Source of the DNA: Clostridiales bacterium
Lineage (GTDB): Bacteria; Bacillota; Clostridia; Saccharofermentanales; Saccharofermentanaceae
Length of the DNA: 64,000 nucleotides
Assembly (NCBI GenBank): GCA_017513085.1
Contig: JAFWDK010000015.1
Coordinates: 128,001-192,000 of the forward strand
Direction: 5' to 3'
Shown here: positions 50,830 to 60,502 of the stretch, piece by piece
How positions within the stretch are numbered: position 1 is the stretch's first letter
Layout of the letters: every line of letters begins with the position of its first letter
Position numbers and translations under genes: made by a program
The notes under the pieces: model-generated
The model's input: only the letters and a program-made list of their open reading frames with translations
Databases searched by the model: none
What the model was told of the DNA's origin: nothing

Positions 50830-53301
50830 ATGGAAGAAAAAGAGAGAAATATCTACGATAGAGCCAAGAGCGCGATCCATGCTTTTATCTTCCGGGAACC
50901 CGGTGCATTGGCACAGACGGCATATGACCGTCAGTGGAGAAAGAAGGAGGTTGATGACCGATCCTTCCAAATGTACCGGGAAGCTGCGGAGACAGGGCAG
51001 CCTTTTGCATGTTTCAGTGTCGGCCGTTGTTATGAAGAGGGCCGTGTGGTGGAGAAGGATCTTCAGAAAGCATATGAATGGTACCAGAAGGGCGCTTCCG
51101 GCGGAGATATCAATGCTTGGGTGGCCTTGGGGAGAATGTTTGATCTGGGTATCTATGTCGACAAAGATCCGCAGCTTTCCCATATGTGGTTAGAGCGTGC
51201 CGCCGGTAAAGGGCATCCGCTCGGTATGATCGGAAGCGGTAAACACTATGCCAGCGGAGAGGGCGTTCCCAAAGACCCGAAGCGCGCGCTGGAGCTTTTC
51301 GAACAAGCACATGAATTGAATAAAGGCCTGGCCAGCTATGTCCTCGGAGAAGCGATCGGGGACGGGATCGGTTGTGAGAAAGACTATAAGAAAGCTTTTG
51401 AATTATTTAAAGAAGCAGACCAGAACGGATATGCTCTGGGAACGTTCAATGTCGGCATGATGCTCGAGATGGGCCTGGGTTGCGATCAGAATAAAGAGCA
51501 GGGTTTCGAGTATATTACTAAAGCCGCGGATATGGGTGTTCCGGAAGCGCTCTATCGTCTTGCTTTCGACTATCGGGATGGTTCGGATATCGTGAAGCAG
51601 GATAAAAAGAAGAGCTTCGAGTTATTCCTGAAAGCTGCAGACAAGGGCTATATATCGGCATGCCTGGAAGTCGGTCTGATGTACGAGAACGGCGACGGGT
51701 GTGAAAAAGACCCGAAGAAGGCATTTCACTACTATGAGATTGCGGCGAATGCAGGATTGCATACTGCGGTGGTCTGTCTTGCCGTGTGCTATCGGAGCGG
51801 CATCGGTTGTGATCCGGATCCGGTTAAAGCCAGAGATCTTCTTGAACTCGGAGTCAAGATGGGGAATACACGTGCTTATCACCTCCTGGCGCTGACGCTT
51901 TTTGAAGAGGATCCTTACGATGAGCGAGCGGTGAACCTGGAAATGGTGGCGTCCCGAGGAGGTTTCAACCGTTCCTCTATGAAAATGGCGTCTTTCTTCC
52001 TTCAGGACGGGGAGACGGGACCGGACAAAGGAAAGGCCGAGTTCTATTATCGTCAGGCGGCCTCTCAAGGAGATACCTTTGCTGCTTTTGAATTGGCAGA
52101 GTTGCTGAATACGGAAGAAAACCGTGGCGATGAAAAAGTGCAGAAAGAGATCCGCCGGCTATACCGTTACAGCGCGGATGCCCACCACCCGCTTGCGGCC
52201 TACCAGTTGGCCAAAGAATACCTGTCTCCAAAAGAAGAGACGCATTCTCTTGAAACATCGGATTCGGAAAATAAAGTTTCCGGCATGCACGAAGTTTCGG
52301 AAAAGGACGAGGAACGTTATGTTCATTACATGAGCATCGCCGCGACCGGAGGAATACCGGATGCTGCCGTGGAAGTAGCCGGCCGTCATTTCTGGGGAGC
52401 CGGAATGTCGGTCAACATTCCCGTAGCCAGTGCGCTTTTTAAGTACGCAGCGGATGAACTGGAGTCAGAGGAACTTTCTGCCAAAGCAGCGATCACGAGG
52501 ATCATTACCCGTTATGAGACGAAATATTGGAATATCGGGAATACGTATCCGAATAAACAGACGAAGGGCGAATTAAAGATGCCTTTGGATCCGAAGAATA
52601 AAGAAGAAGCGATGACTTGTCTGGAGCAACTGTCCACCTTGGCGGAGAAGGGAGTGGAAACAGCCAGGATCTATCTTCCGCTGGCGAAGATACTGGTGTT
52701 TGACTCGAGGCTTTCCGATCCGGAAGATACAACACTGCTTTCTGCTATCGATACGCTTCCGGAATCGAAGGAGAAGTTCTTTTTCCAAGGACTTATCCAT
52801 GCATGCCTGCATAAGGAGGATATTCCGGAGTCGATACGGCTTTTCTCGAGGGCAAAAGAACTCGGTGCTTCCAATGTGACGGTCTTCATCGGGAATCTTT
52901 ACCGCAGTCTGGCTTATTCCGGCCGTAAGATCCGTAAAGAATCCCAGACGGTCCTTCTTGGGAAAGCCAAGGATCTGTACCTGGAGGCTTATCGGAATCA
53001 GGAAGTGAAGACTCCGTTGCTTTTCTATTCTTGTGTGGAAGAAGAATCCGAACGGAGTATACGGAAGATGCTCGGGATGATCTATATATGCTCTGCGCTT
53101 GCCGTGCCGTTGATCTGGCTTTTGGATATCTGGGAGGAGCGGACACAGCTATCAGGATCTCAGATGCTGGAGAGATTGGAATATGTGATAGCCTGGGTAT
53201 TGCTGTTTACGATCATCGCTACGCTGATCGTCGAAGTGATCTATCAGGTGTCCAAGATCAAGCAGAAGAAAAAGATGAAAGAGTTATTGGAGAAGAAATA
53301 A
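50830..53301 (+). CDS. Sel1-like repeat protein with C-terminal TMs
   Basis: Many A...LG..Y..G.G...D..KA repeats; two C-terminal TMs. Confidence 0.88.
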   Translation: MEEKERNIYDRAKSAIHAFIFREPGALAQTAYDRQWRKKEVDDRSFQMYREAAETGQPFACFSVGRCYEEGRVVEKDLQKAYEWYQKGASGGDINAWVALGRMFDLGIYVDKDPQLSHMWLERAAGKGHPLGMIGSGKHYASGEGVPKDPKRALELFEQAHELNKGLASYVLGEAIGDGIGCEKDYKKAFELFKEADQNGYALGTFNVGMMLEMGLGCDQNKEQGFEYITKAADMGVPEALYRLAFDYRDGSDIVKQDKKKSFELFLKAADKGYISACLEVGLMYENGDGCEKDPKKAFHYYEIAANAGLHTAVVCLAVCYRSGIGCDPDPVKARDLLELGVKMGNTRAYHLLALTLFEEDPYDERAVNLEMVASRGGFNRSSMKMASFFLQDGETGPDKGKAEFYYRQAASQGDTFAAFELAELLNTEENRGDEKVQKEIRRLYRYSADAHHPLAAYQLAKEYLSPKEETHSLETSDSENKVSGMHEVSEKDEERYVHYMSIAATGGIPDAAVEVAGRHFWGAGMSVNIPVASALFKYAADELESEELSAKAAITRIITRYETKYWNIGNTYPNKQTKGELKMPLDPKNKEEAMTCLEQLSTLAEKGVETARIYLPLAKILVFDSRLSDPEDTTLLSAIDTLPESKEKFFFQGLIHACLHKEDIPESIRLFSRAKELGASNVTVFIGNLYRSLAYSGRKIRKESQTVLLGKAKDLYLEAYRNQEVKTPLLFYSCVEEESERSIRKMLGMIYICSALAVPLIWLLDIWEERTQLSGSQMLERLEYVIAWVLLFTIIATLIVEVIYQVSKIKQKKKMKELLEKK

Positions 53302-53304
53302 TAT

Positions 53305-53847
53305 ATGGCAGTACATGTAGTTTTATTTGAACCGGAGATCCCGCAGAACACGGGAAACATCTTAAGGACTTGTGTGGCAACGAATACGAAAGTGCATATC
53401 ATCGAGCCGATCGGATTTGAATTGACGCCCAAGTCTCTGAAACGATCGGCCTCAAATCATCTTGAAATGGCCGAATACACGATCTATAAAAACTTCGAGG
53501 ATTTTGAATCCAGGAATCCCGGCACATATTTTTATATGACACGCTACGGTAAAAAACCGCACAGTGGTTTTGATTTTACGAAGGTGGAAGGAGAGATCTA
53601 TCTGATCTTCGGAAAGGAAAGCACCGGTATCCCTTACGACCGTCTGGCTGCGCATCTGGATCAGTGTTTCCGCATCCCGATGTCCGGAAACTGCAGAAGC
53701 CTGAATCTGTCCAATGCGGTAGCGATCGCTCTGTACGAAGTCATGCGTCAATTGGACTATCCGGATCTTTCATTTTGTGAAGTGCAGAAAGGAGAAGATT
53801 TTCTGGAGTCCTTCGACATCCATCCCATCGGGAAGAAAGAAGGGTAG
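53305..53847 (+). CDS. trmL: tRNA (cytidine(34)-2'-O)-methyltransferase
   Basis: PEIPQNTGNI, FGKESTG, RSLNLSN. Confidence 0.93.
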   Translation: MAVHVVLFEPEIPQNTGNILRTCVATNTKVHIIEPIGFELTPKSLKRSASNHLEMAEYTIYKNFEDFESRNPGTYFYMTRYGKKPHSGFDFTKVEGEIYLIFGKESTGIPYDRLAAHLDQCFRIPMSGNCRSLNLSNAVAIALYEVMRQLDYPDLSFCEVQKGEDFLESFDIHPIGKKEG

Positions 53848-53849
53848 TT

Positions 53850-55955
53850 ATGCGTGATAAAGAGGAACCGGAAGGAGCGGTCGTTTCTTCTGAAAACCAA
53901 AATGGATCTGCAAGACTATGGCAAAGTCTGATTGCTTCATTCTGGCTGCCGATCGTGGCAGTCATTTCCGAATGCTGCTTCGCGCTTATGATCGGAAACC
54001 GGATAACGGTCAATATGCTGCTCCTTGCGATGAGCATGCTTCTATTCGTCTCCCTTCTGATCCTTCTTGTACCGAAAACGCGATTCCGCGTGATCTCCAC
54101 AGGTATCTTCACCACGCTTCTTGCCGTTATTTACATTGCGCAGTTTATCTACTACAGGATCTTTTCCACAATCTTCATCTGGGCCTCGCTTCAAGGGAGT
54201 AATGCCGTGATCGAATACAACGGTGTGGTGATCTCCGCTATTACCAAAGGCTGGTGGGGCCTTCTGATCCTTATGGTTCCCTCTGTTTTCTACTGGTCGT
54301 ACGGACGAAAGCTGATCCGGTCGATCCCTGCCAAACAAAAGAAATACAGTATTACGGTGGCAAGTGCTTTTGTCGCAGTCACGCTTCTTGGAACGGGCCT
54401 GGTCGTATCTGACCGTAAAGGCGCCGCCAGTCCGAGACGCCTGTATCTTACTGAGTTTTCCCAGGAAGCGTCTCTTCGTGCTTTCGGGCTTCTGCCTACC
54501 ATGGGTCTGGACTTCCGATACAATGTTCTGGATATCTCCTGGCAGGAAAAATCGAATGTGGACATAAGCGATATTGTTATCGAGACGATCGTACCGCAGG
54601 AAACAACGGCGGTTCCAACTGTTTCCCCGACGCCTGTTCCTCCGACAAAAGCACCCGAAGCAACTCCTTCTCCGTCTCCGACACCTTCGCCTTCCCCGAC
54701 GCCGTATCCGAAAAATGTTCTGGATATTGAATTTGATCTGGAAGAGGATGACAAAGTCTACCGGCACATGAACGAGTTCTTTTCCCAGCGCGAACCGACC
54801 ACTATGAACGAGTTTACCGGGCGTTTTAAAGGGAAAAACCTGATCCTGATCACGGCGGAAGCTTTCTCCGGATTCGTCATAGATCCGACGTTGACTCCGA
54901 CTCTCTATAAACTCTCGACGACGGGTTTTGTTTTCAATAATTTCTATACACCGGAATGGTATGTCAGTACTTCTGATGGAGAGTTCGTGGAGACCACCGG
55001 ACTGATTCCGAAATCCGGTGTGTGGAGTTATACGAAGATTGCCAAAAACTATATGCCGTTTGCTTTCGGCAATCAATTCAAGGCTTTAGGATATCAGACC
55101 TATGCTTACCATAACAATACCTACACATACTACAACCGGGACCGTTCGTATCCGGTCATGGGTTATACCTACCGTGGCCTGGGAAATGGTCTGAACGTAA
55201 AAAAGCAGTGGCCGGAATCGGATGTGGAGATGATTGAGGATACGGTTCCGGAATACCTTAACGGTCAGCCTTTCCATGTCTACTACATGACGGTCAGCGG
55301 TCATCTTCCTTATGCGTTCGGCGACAACCAGATGTCTTCCAAAAACCGGGATCTCGTAAAAGATCTGGACTACAGCAATGGCGTGAAGGCGTATATCGCC
55401 TGTCAGATCGAACTTGACCATGCACTGGCGCTTCTTCTCGAAGAACTGGAGGCTGCCGGTGAACTGGAAAACACGGTCATTGCGCTAGGCGCAGACCACA
55501 ATCCGTATGGCCTGACGGCATCCGAGTATCGGGAACTGGCAGGAAAGAAAGTCACATATCCGTTCTCTTACTTTGAGAATGCGTTTATTCTCTGGTGTGG
55601 CGACATGGAAGAACCGGTCGTGGTCGACAAGTATTGCTGCAGTATGGACATAGCCCCTACACTGGCCAATCTTTTCGGGTTGCCGTATGATTCACGTCTT
55701 TATATCGGTACCGACATTTTAGCACCGGAACCGAACTATGTGATCTTCGATGACAAGAGCTTCATTAATGACAAGATCATGTATGATGCGGGCAGCCGTA
55801 AAGTGACCATGCTTGTGGACGAAGAGATATCTGATGAGTACCTCAGATCCTGTATTGAATATGTGGACGAATTATTCTATAACTCGGCGCATATAATCGA
55901 TAAAAACTACTATGGATATCTTTTCCCGGACGGAGTTCCCTGGCAACAGGATTGA
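53850..55955 (+). CDS. LTA synthase family protein (sulfatase fold)
   Basis: 5 TMs, PT-rich linker, AEAF, STSDGEF, SGH, ADH. Confidence 0.85.
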   Translation: MRDKEEPEGAVVSSENQNGSARLWQSLIASFWLPIVAVISECCFALMIGNRITVNMLLLAMSMLLFVSLLILLVPKTRFRVISTGIFTTLLAVIYIAQFIYYRIFSTIFIWASLQGSNAVIEYNGVVISAITKGWWGLLILMVPSVFYWSYGRKLIRSIPAKQKKYSITVASAFVAVTLLGTGLVVSDRKGAASPRRLYLTEFSQEASLRAFGLLPTMGLDFRYNVLDISWQEKSNVDISDIVIETIVPQETTAVPTVSPTPVPPTKAPEATPSPSPTPSPSPTPYPKNVLDIEFDLEEDDKVYRHMNEFFSQREPTTMNEFTGRFKGKNLILITAEAFSGFVIDPTLTPTLYKLSTTGFVFNNFYTPEWYVSTSDGEFVETTGLIPKSGVWSYTKIAKNYMPFAFGNQFKALGYQTYAYHNNTYTYYNRDRSYPVMGYTYRGLGNGLNVKKQWPESDVEMIEDTVPEYLNGQPFHVYYMTVSGHLPYAFGDNQMSSKNRDLVKDLDYSNGVKAYIACQIELDHALALLLEELEAAGELENTVIALGADHNPYGLTASEYRELAGKKVTYPFSYFENAFILWCGDMEEPVVVDKYCCSMDIAPTLANLFGLPYDSRLYIGTDILAPEPNYVIFDDKSFINDKIMYDAGSRKVTMLVDEEISDEYLRSCIEYVDELFYNSAHIIDKNYYGYLFPDGVPWQQD

Positions 55956-55990
55956 TTTAGGAGCATATTCTGCTCAAGCGCTTCCTCGGA

Positions 55991-56998
55991 TCAGTTCAGG
56001 GGATCCTGCTTATTTGTTTCTGTCTTCCGGCCCTTCCGCTGCTTCTTGGCATCAAAAAGACTCTGGTCAGCCTGCATGATCATCTCGGAGGAATCCAGCT
56101 GGTCTCCATAGGAAGAATACCCGAAGCTTAAGGTCAGGAGGATTTCTTTGTCCTCTGCGATCAGCGGTGCACGGGCCAGGGATTCCCGTATCCTTTCAGA
56201 AAGTGTCTGGGCGCCCTCGAGGTTTGTATCCGAAAGGATCATGGCAAATTCGTCGTTGCCTACTCGGAAGATGTCATCTGAAGAACGGGAACATCTCCGG
56301 AGAACATCAGCCATATGCTTTAACGCGACATCCCGATACAGAGGACCGAATTTATTACAGAAGTCGGTAAATCCATCGATATCCATCAATATAATGGAAA
56401 AGCCGGTGGAGTATCCACGTCCGCGGACACGTGAGAAGAGCCGCATATTTCTATCAATGCTCGATTCAAAATACCGACGATTGTATAGCCCGGTAATCTC
56501 GTCGATCGTGGAAAGCTGAAGGATCTTCGAATTGAGTTCATCACACTGCTTATTCTTCTGCATCAGCTTCTGTTCGGTGTTCTTAGCAGAAGTAATGTCC
56601 TGGGAAATGCCCCAGACACCACAAACATCGCCGTTTGTGTCGATCAGAGGATAGATGGATGTGGAGATCCAGACATCGTCTGAAAGAGACTTGGAGTGAA
56701 GAAGCTCAACATGCTCTTCGAGACCAACGACGGGGGTGCGCTGACGAATGATCCTGCGCTCTTCTGCACAGATCTTCTCTGCCTGAGAAGGCGCAACCAG
56801 ATCGGCTAGTTCTTTTCCCACAATAGAGGATGGGGAAGAGTACCCTAAAAGTCTTGCAAATGAGGCGGAACACAGTACGAACTTCCCGTTAAGATCTTTA
56901 AAAAACACATAGAAATCGACTTGATTCAGAAAGGCAGAAAAAAGCTGCTCCTTCGAGAGGGACCGGAAGAATTCGGCGTCAGATGATTCGTTTTTCAT
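55991..56998 (-). CDS. PAS-GGDEF protein with variant GNDEF motif
   Basis: PAS domain, DEITGLYNRR, RSSD, RVGNDEF. Confidence 0.85.
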   Translation of the reverse strand: MKNESSDAEFFRSLSKEQLFSAFLNQVDFYVFFKDLNGKFVLCSASFARLLGYSSPSSIVGKELADLVAPSQAEKICAEERRIIRQRTPVVGLEEHVELLHSKSLSDDVWISTSIYPLIDTNGDVCGVWGISQDITSAKNTEQKLMQKNKQCDELNSKILQLSTIDEITGLYNRRYFESSIDRNMRLFSRVRGRGYSTGFSIILMDIDGFTDFCNKFGPLYRDVALKHMADVLRRCSRSSDDIFRVGNDEFAMILSDTNLEGAQTLSERIRESLARAPLIAEDKEILLTLSFGYSSYGDQLDSSEMIMQADQSLFDAKKQRKGRKTETNKQDPLN

Positions 56999-57027
56999 AG
57001 TATCTCCATCTGTACAGATAAAGTCGA

Positions 57028-57573
57028 TCAGAGAAGGGCGATCGCACCGATTACAAAAACGATGAGAAGTGCGATCAGAACGATAATACCGATGATCGTG
57101 AAAGTCTGTGCATTGTGTGTTTCGTAGGCGGCAGGGAAGAGACGCTTCGTCAACAGTTTGTACTTATCCCACTGGTCGGAAAACCAGACTGCGATCTTGC
57201 GCAGTGTAACGATGACGCGCGTCCCGAATTTCATATCTTTCGTATAAGTCAGCTGTTCATCGGAAAAGTGGAAATAGTCTTTCACTTCTTTCTCTGTCAG
57301 GATCGATGCGTTATCGGGAGCCATAGGGCGCTCGTCCGATTTGGAAAAATCGTCATCGATGGAGAAAAAAGCAGATCGCTCATCGACTAAAGTCTCTTTC
57401 TTCTTAGGAGCAGCAACGGAACTCTTCATTTTCCAGGCAGGTGCAGATGCGGAAGAAACGTGATGCAATTCTTCCACCCAAGGGTTGGATTCTGTGGCTT
57501 TAGGTACCCGAATGGACTGTGATTGCTCGAGATCCTCTTCCAATACTCTTTCCCTGTTTGCCGTCCGCCGCAT
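57028..57573 (-). CDS. Hypothetical protein with C-terminal TM
   Basis: AAAGGAG RBS, charged N-terminus, hydrophobic tail. Confidence 0.65.
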   Translation of the reverse strand: MRRTANRERVLEEDLEQSQSIRVPKATESNPWVEELHHVSSASAPAWKMKSSVAAPKKKETLVDERSAFFSIDDDFSKSDERPMAPDNASILTEKEVKDYFHFSDEQLTYTKDMKFGTRVIVTLRKIAVWFSDQWDKYKLLTKRLFPAAYETHNAQTFTIIGIIVLIALLIVFVIGAIALL

Positions 57574-57759
57574 AGTGTGCTCCTTTAACGTCTTTTCTAT
57601 TCCCTCAATATATAGTGACAGTATATCACGAATTAGAGAAATATACAGCCAACTGTGAAGAATTGCACGAAATCTTAAAGAGTTTTTTGATGTGTTTGTG
57701 CAAATTGCCTTATACTTGAGTTATAATACTATGGAATATCGTTTGTGGGGGAATAATGA

Positions 57760-58890
57760 ATGAATCTGGTTTTCTTTGATCTTGGAGTTTTTCTCTATTG
57801 GTCGGAAGAATCTATTGTCAGTAAGAGTCTTGCTTCCAAGGGTGGCGTGATCGTCTCAAATAAGGAAGATTTACGGGCTCTTAAGGATAAGCATGCCGTT
57901 TTGGATCCGGAAATCATTGATATGCTGAAAGCGTTGAAGAGTTCCGGTTTCAGCCTGTGTGTTTGTGACAATCTCCCCCAGACACAGATCAAAGAGTGCT
58001 TGAATAAACTTGAGATCATAGATTATTTCGATGCTTTTGTCAGTGCCCGGACTGAAGATACGATGGCTAAGGCCTTGAACAAAAAACGTGCGACGGGTGA
58101 TTTTGCCGTTTATGTCGGTTCGGAAGAAAAGATCATCCGTGCGGCATCTAAAGTTCGGATCCCATCCATTGCTTACGGACAAGAGTGGGCAAGCGTCTGC
58201 CCGCTGGCTTTTTCTTCGGCACTGAGCCCTATGGAGATCGAGGAGCAGGTCCGGATAACTTTCCTGATCTTCAATATCGTGGAAAAGACGATCGACAAAA
58301 AATCACGCGTGCTTGGTATCGATGGCATCACGTTTGCCGGGAAGAAAGTACTGGCCGATAAGATTTCCCATTATATGGATTTTGTCGGACAGGAAAACAT
58401 AATCGTCGATCTGGAAGATTACCATCGGGCCGTGGAGGAGAGCTACAAAGGAGAAGATCCGGTCGAAGCTTATTATTTTAACGGATATAATAACGAGAAG
58501 CTGATCGATGAGGTCCTTCATCCATACAGGAAGCAGGGAAAGATCGACAAGACGGTATATTGTCTTGATATTTCCAATGATTCTTTTGTGAATGAACGGC
58601 ACTATACGCTTTCCGAAGATGGTGTCATGATCCTACTGGGAACCATGATGTACAGAGAACCTTTGATGCGTTATTTTGATACGACGGTATATATCCGTGT
58701 GGATTATCGGGAAGCCGAGCATCGGGTATCTCTGGTCGATGCGCCGATTTACGGAGACGATCCGTTGGAAGAATATAAGGAGAAGACTATTCCGGCGCAG
58801 AAAATGTATGTTGCCAGACATAACCCATTTGAGAATAAGGATTTCATTATCGATAATACGAACTATCACAGACCGTTTTTTATCGTTTGA
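57760..58890 (+). CDS. HAD-like domain fused to uridine-kinase-like P-loop domain (motifs degenerate)
   Basis: FFDLGVFL in the N-half; GIDGITFAGKK and DLEDYH in the C-half. Confidence 0.7.
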   Translation: MNLVFFDLGVFLYWSEESIVSKSLASKGGVIVSNKEDLRALKDKHAVLDPEIIDMLKALKSSGFSLCVCDNLPQTQIKECLNKLEIIDYFDAFVSARTEDTMAKALNKKRATGDFAVYVGSEEKIIRAASKVRIPSIAYGQEWASVCPLAFSSALSPMEIEEQVRITFLIFNIVEKTIDKKSRVLGIDGITFAGKKVLADKISHYMDFVGQENIIVDLEDYHRAVEESYKGEDPVEAYYFNGYNNEKLIDEVLHPYRKQGKIDKTVYCLDISNDSFVNERHYTLSEDGVMILLGTMMYREPLMRYFDTTVYIRVDYREAEHRVSLVDAPIYGDDPLEEYKEKTIPAQKMYVARHNPFENKDFIIDNTNYHRPFFIV

Positions 58891-58987
58891 TGCTTCCTTT
58901 CTGGGAAAAGAAGAATTAGAATATTATTTGGAAGAGTAAGGGACAAAAGAAATAATAAGATTACTGAAATAAAGGGGTTGTCGTGTC

Positions 58988-60199
58988 ATGCAAAGAGTTT
59001 TGATCATCGGATGCGGTAAAGTTGCAAGAGCTGCTATACCGTTGCTTTCCAAGAACTCGGTCTATTTCCGAGAGATTTGCCTTTCCGGTCGTTCAAAGGA
59101 AAAGTGTGACGTATATAAGACAAAATATTCCAATGACAAGCAGAAGATCATGACTGCATTTGTCGATGTCCGCAATAAAGAAAAGACCCGTCTGATGGCG
59201 AATATTTATCATCCTGATCTGGTCATTAATCTGGCACCTTCTTATCTGAATACAACTGTCATGGAGCTTTGCCTGGATATTGGAGCCAATTATATTGATG
59301 CATCTTTATATACTCCGAAGGGTGAAACCATATGTGATATCGATGAGGAGTACTCTTTTGACCAGAGATTCCAGGAGAAAGGTCTGACTGCCGTGATCGG
59401 CTGCGGTTTTAATCCCGGAGTGATCAATGCTTTTGCCCAGTATTCTGCTATCAAACTTCTCGACAACATAGATTCTGTCGATGTTATCGATATGAATGCC
59501 GGCGAGAACGCCAACCCGTATCTGATGAATACGTCCATGATGACCAGTCTGCATCAGATTTCATCAGATTGCCGCATGTGGTCATCCGGGGAACTGGTCA
59601 GTGTTCCGCCGACAAGTGTCAAAGCCGCCTTTGATTTCCCGGAGATCGGCAAGAAAAACTTGTATATGGTCGACCACGAAGTGATCGACGCGCTTAGCGG
59701 AGAGCTTCCTGAGGCACAGTCCATCCGTTTCTTCTCTGCTTTTAAAGAGCCTTTCCTTTCTATGGTCAAAGTACTTGACGATCTGGGAATGACTTCTACG
59801 AAGCCGGTGGATATCGATGGTCAGCAGATCGCGCCACTGGATTTCCTTTATGAAGTTATGCCACAGCAGGAAGACCTTGCTGCCACTGCTACAGGAAAGA
59901 ATGGTATCGGCGTGCTTGTAAGAGGAAGCAAGGACGGCCAGGAAAAGAAATACCTGATTTATAGCATGGTGGATCACAAAGAATGTTTTGAAAAGTATGG
60001 CGCTTCCTCAACAGACTTCATGGCGGCCGCTCCGCTTGTTGCCGGAGCAGGTCTGATTGCGCTTGGGATCTGGAAGCGGCCGGGTGTACATATGATATCT
60101 GAATTTGATCCGCTTCCGTTTTTTAAAGAGATCCAGAAGCAGGGCATGGATTATAAGGTAACTGAAGCCACATCAGACTTAGAAATCCTGACCGAATAA
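58988..60199 (+). CDS. Saccharopine dehydrogenase / carboxynorspermidine dehydrogenase-like protein (divergent)
   Basis: VLIIGCGKV Rossmann motif, PDLVIN, GCGFNPGV, W..PGV, FDPLPF. Confidence 0.8.
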   Translation: MQRVLIIGCGKVARAAIPLLSKNSVYFREICLSGRSKEKCDVYKTKYSNDKQKIMTAFVDVRNKEKTRLMANIYHPDLVINLAPSYLNTTVMELCLDIGANYIDASLYTPKGETICDIDEEYSFDQRFQEKGLTAVIGCGFNPGVINAFAQYSAIKLLDNIDSVDVIDMNAGENANPYLMNTSMMTSLHQISSDCRMWSSGELVSVPPTSVKAAFDFPEIGKKNLYMVDHEVIDALSGELPEAQSIRFFSAFKEPFLSMVKVLDDLGMTSTKPVDIDGQQIAPLDFLYEVMPQQEDLAATATGKNGIGVLVRGSKDGQEKKYLIYSMVDHKECFEKYGASSTDFMAAAPLVAGAGLIALGIWKRPGVHMISEFDPLPFFKEIQKQGMDYKVTEATSDLEILTE

Positions 60200-60322
60200 G
60201 AAAGCAAAAGTACCATTAATGGTACAGTGACAAGTCCATAATCTAACCATCGAAGTTACATGTGACGATGAATTGCGAGTTTTAGCGATTGCATATGAAC
60301 AGGAAATGGGAGGAATTGGACG

Positions 60323-60502
60323 ATGTGGTTATCAATAGTTATGATCGTAGGTTTAGTAGGTTTTTCTTATCTTTATTTAGATTCGATCTTCTGCGATTTC
60401 ATGGATGATTTTTTCGGTGATGACTTGGAAAAAAAGTATATAGCAAGAAACAGGAAAGATACGGCTGAAAGAATACCTCCGATGAAGAACCCCGGAGCCT
60501 GA
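60323..60502 (+). CDS. Candidate 59-aa small membrane protein (below ORF-track cutoff)
   Basis: GGGAGG RBS; MWLSIVMIVGLVGFSYLYLDSIFCDFMDDFFGDDLEKK...PGA*. Confidence 0.45.
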   Translation: MWLSIVMIVGLVGFSYLYLDSIFCDFMDDFFGDDLEKKYIARNRKDTAERIPPMKNPGA

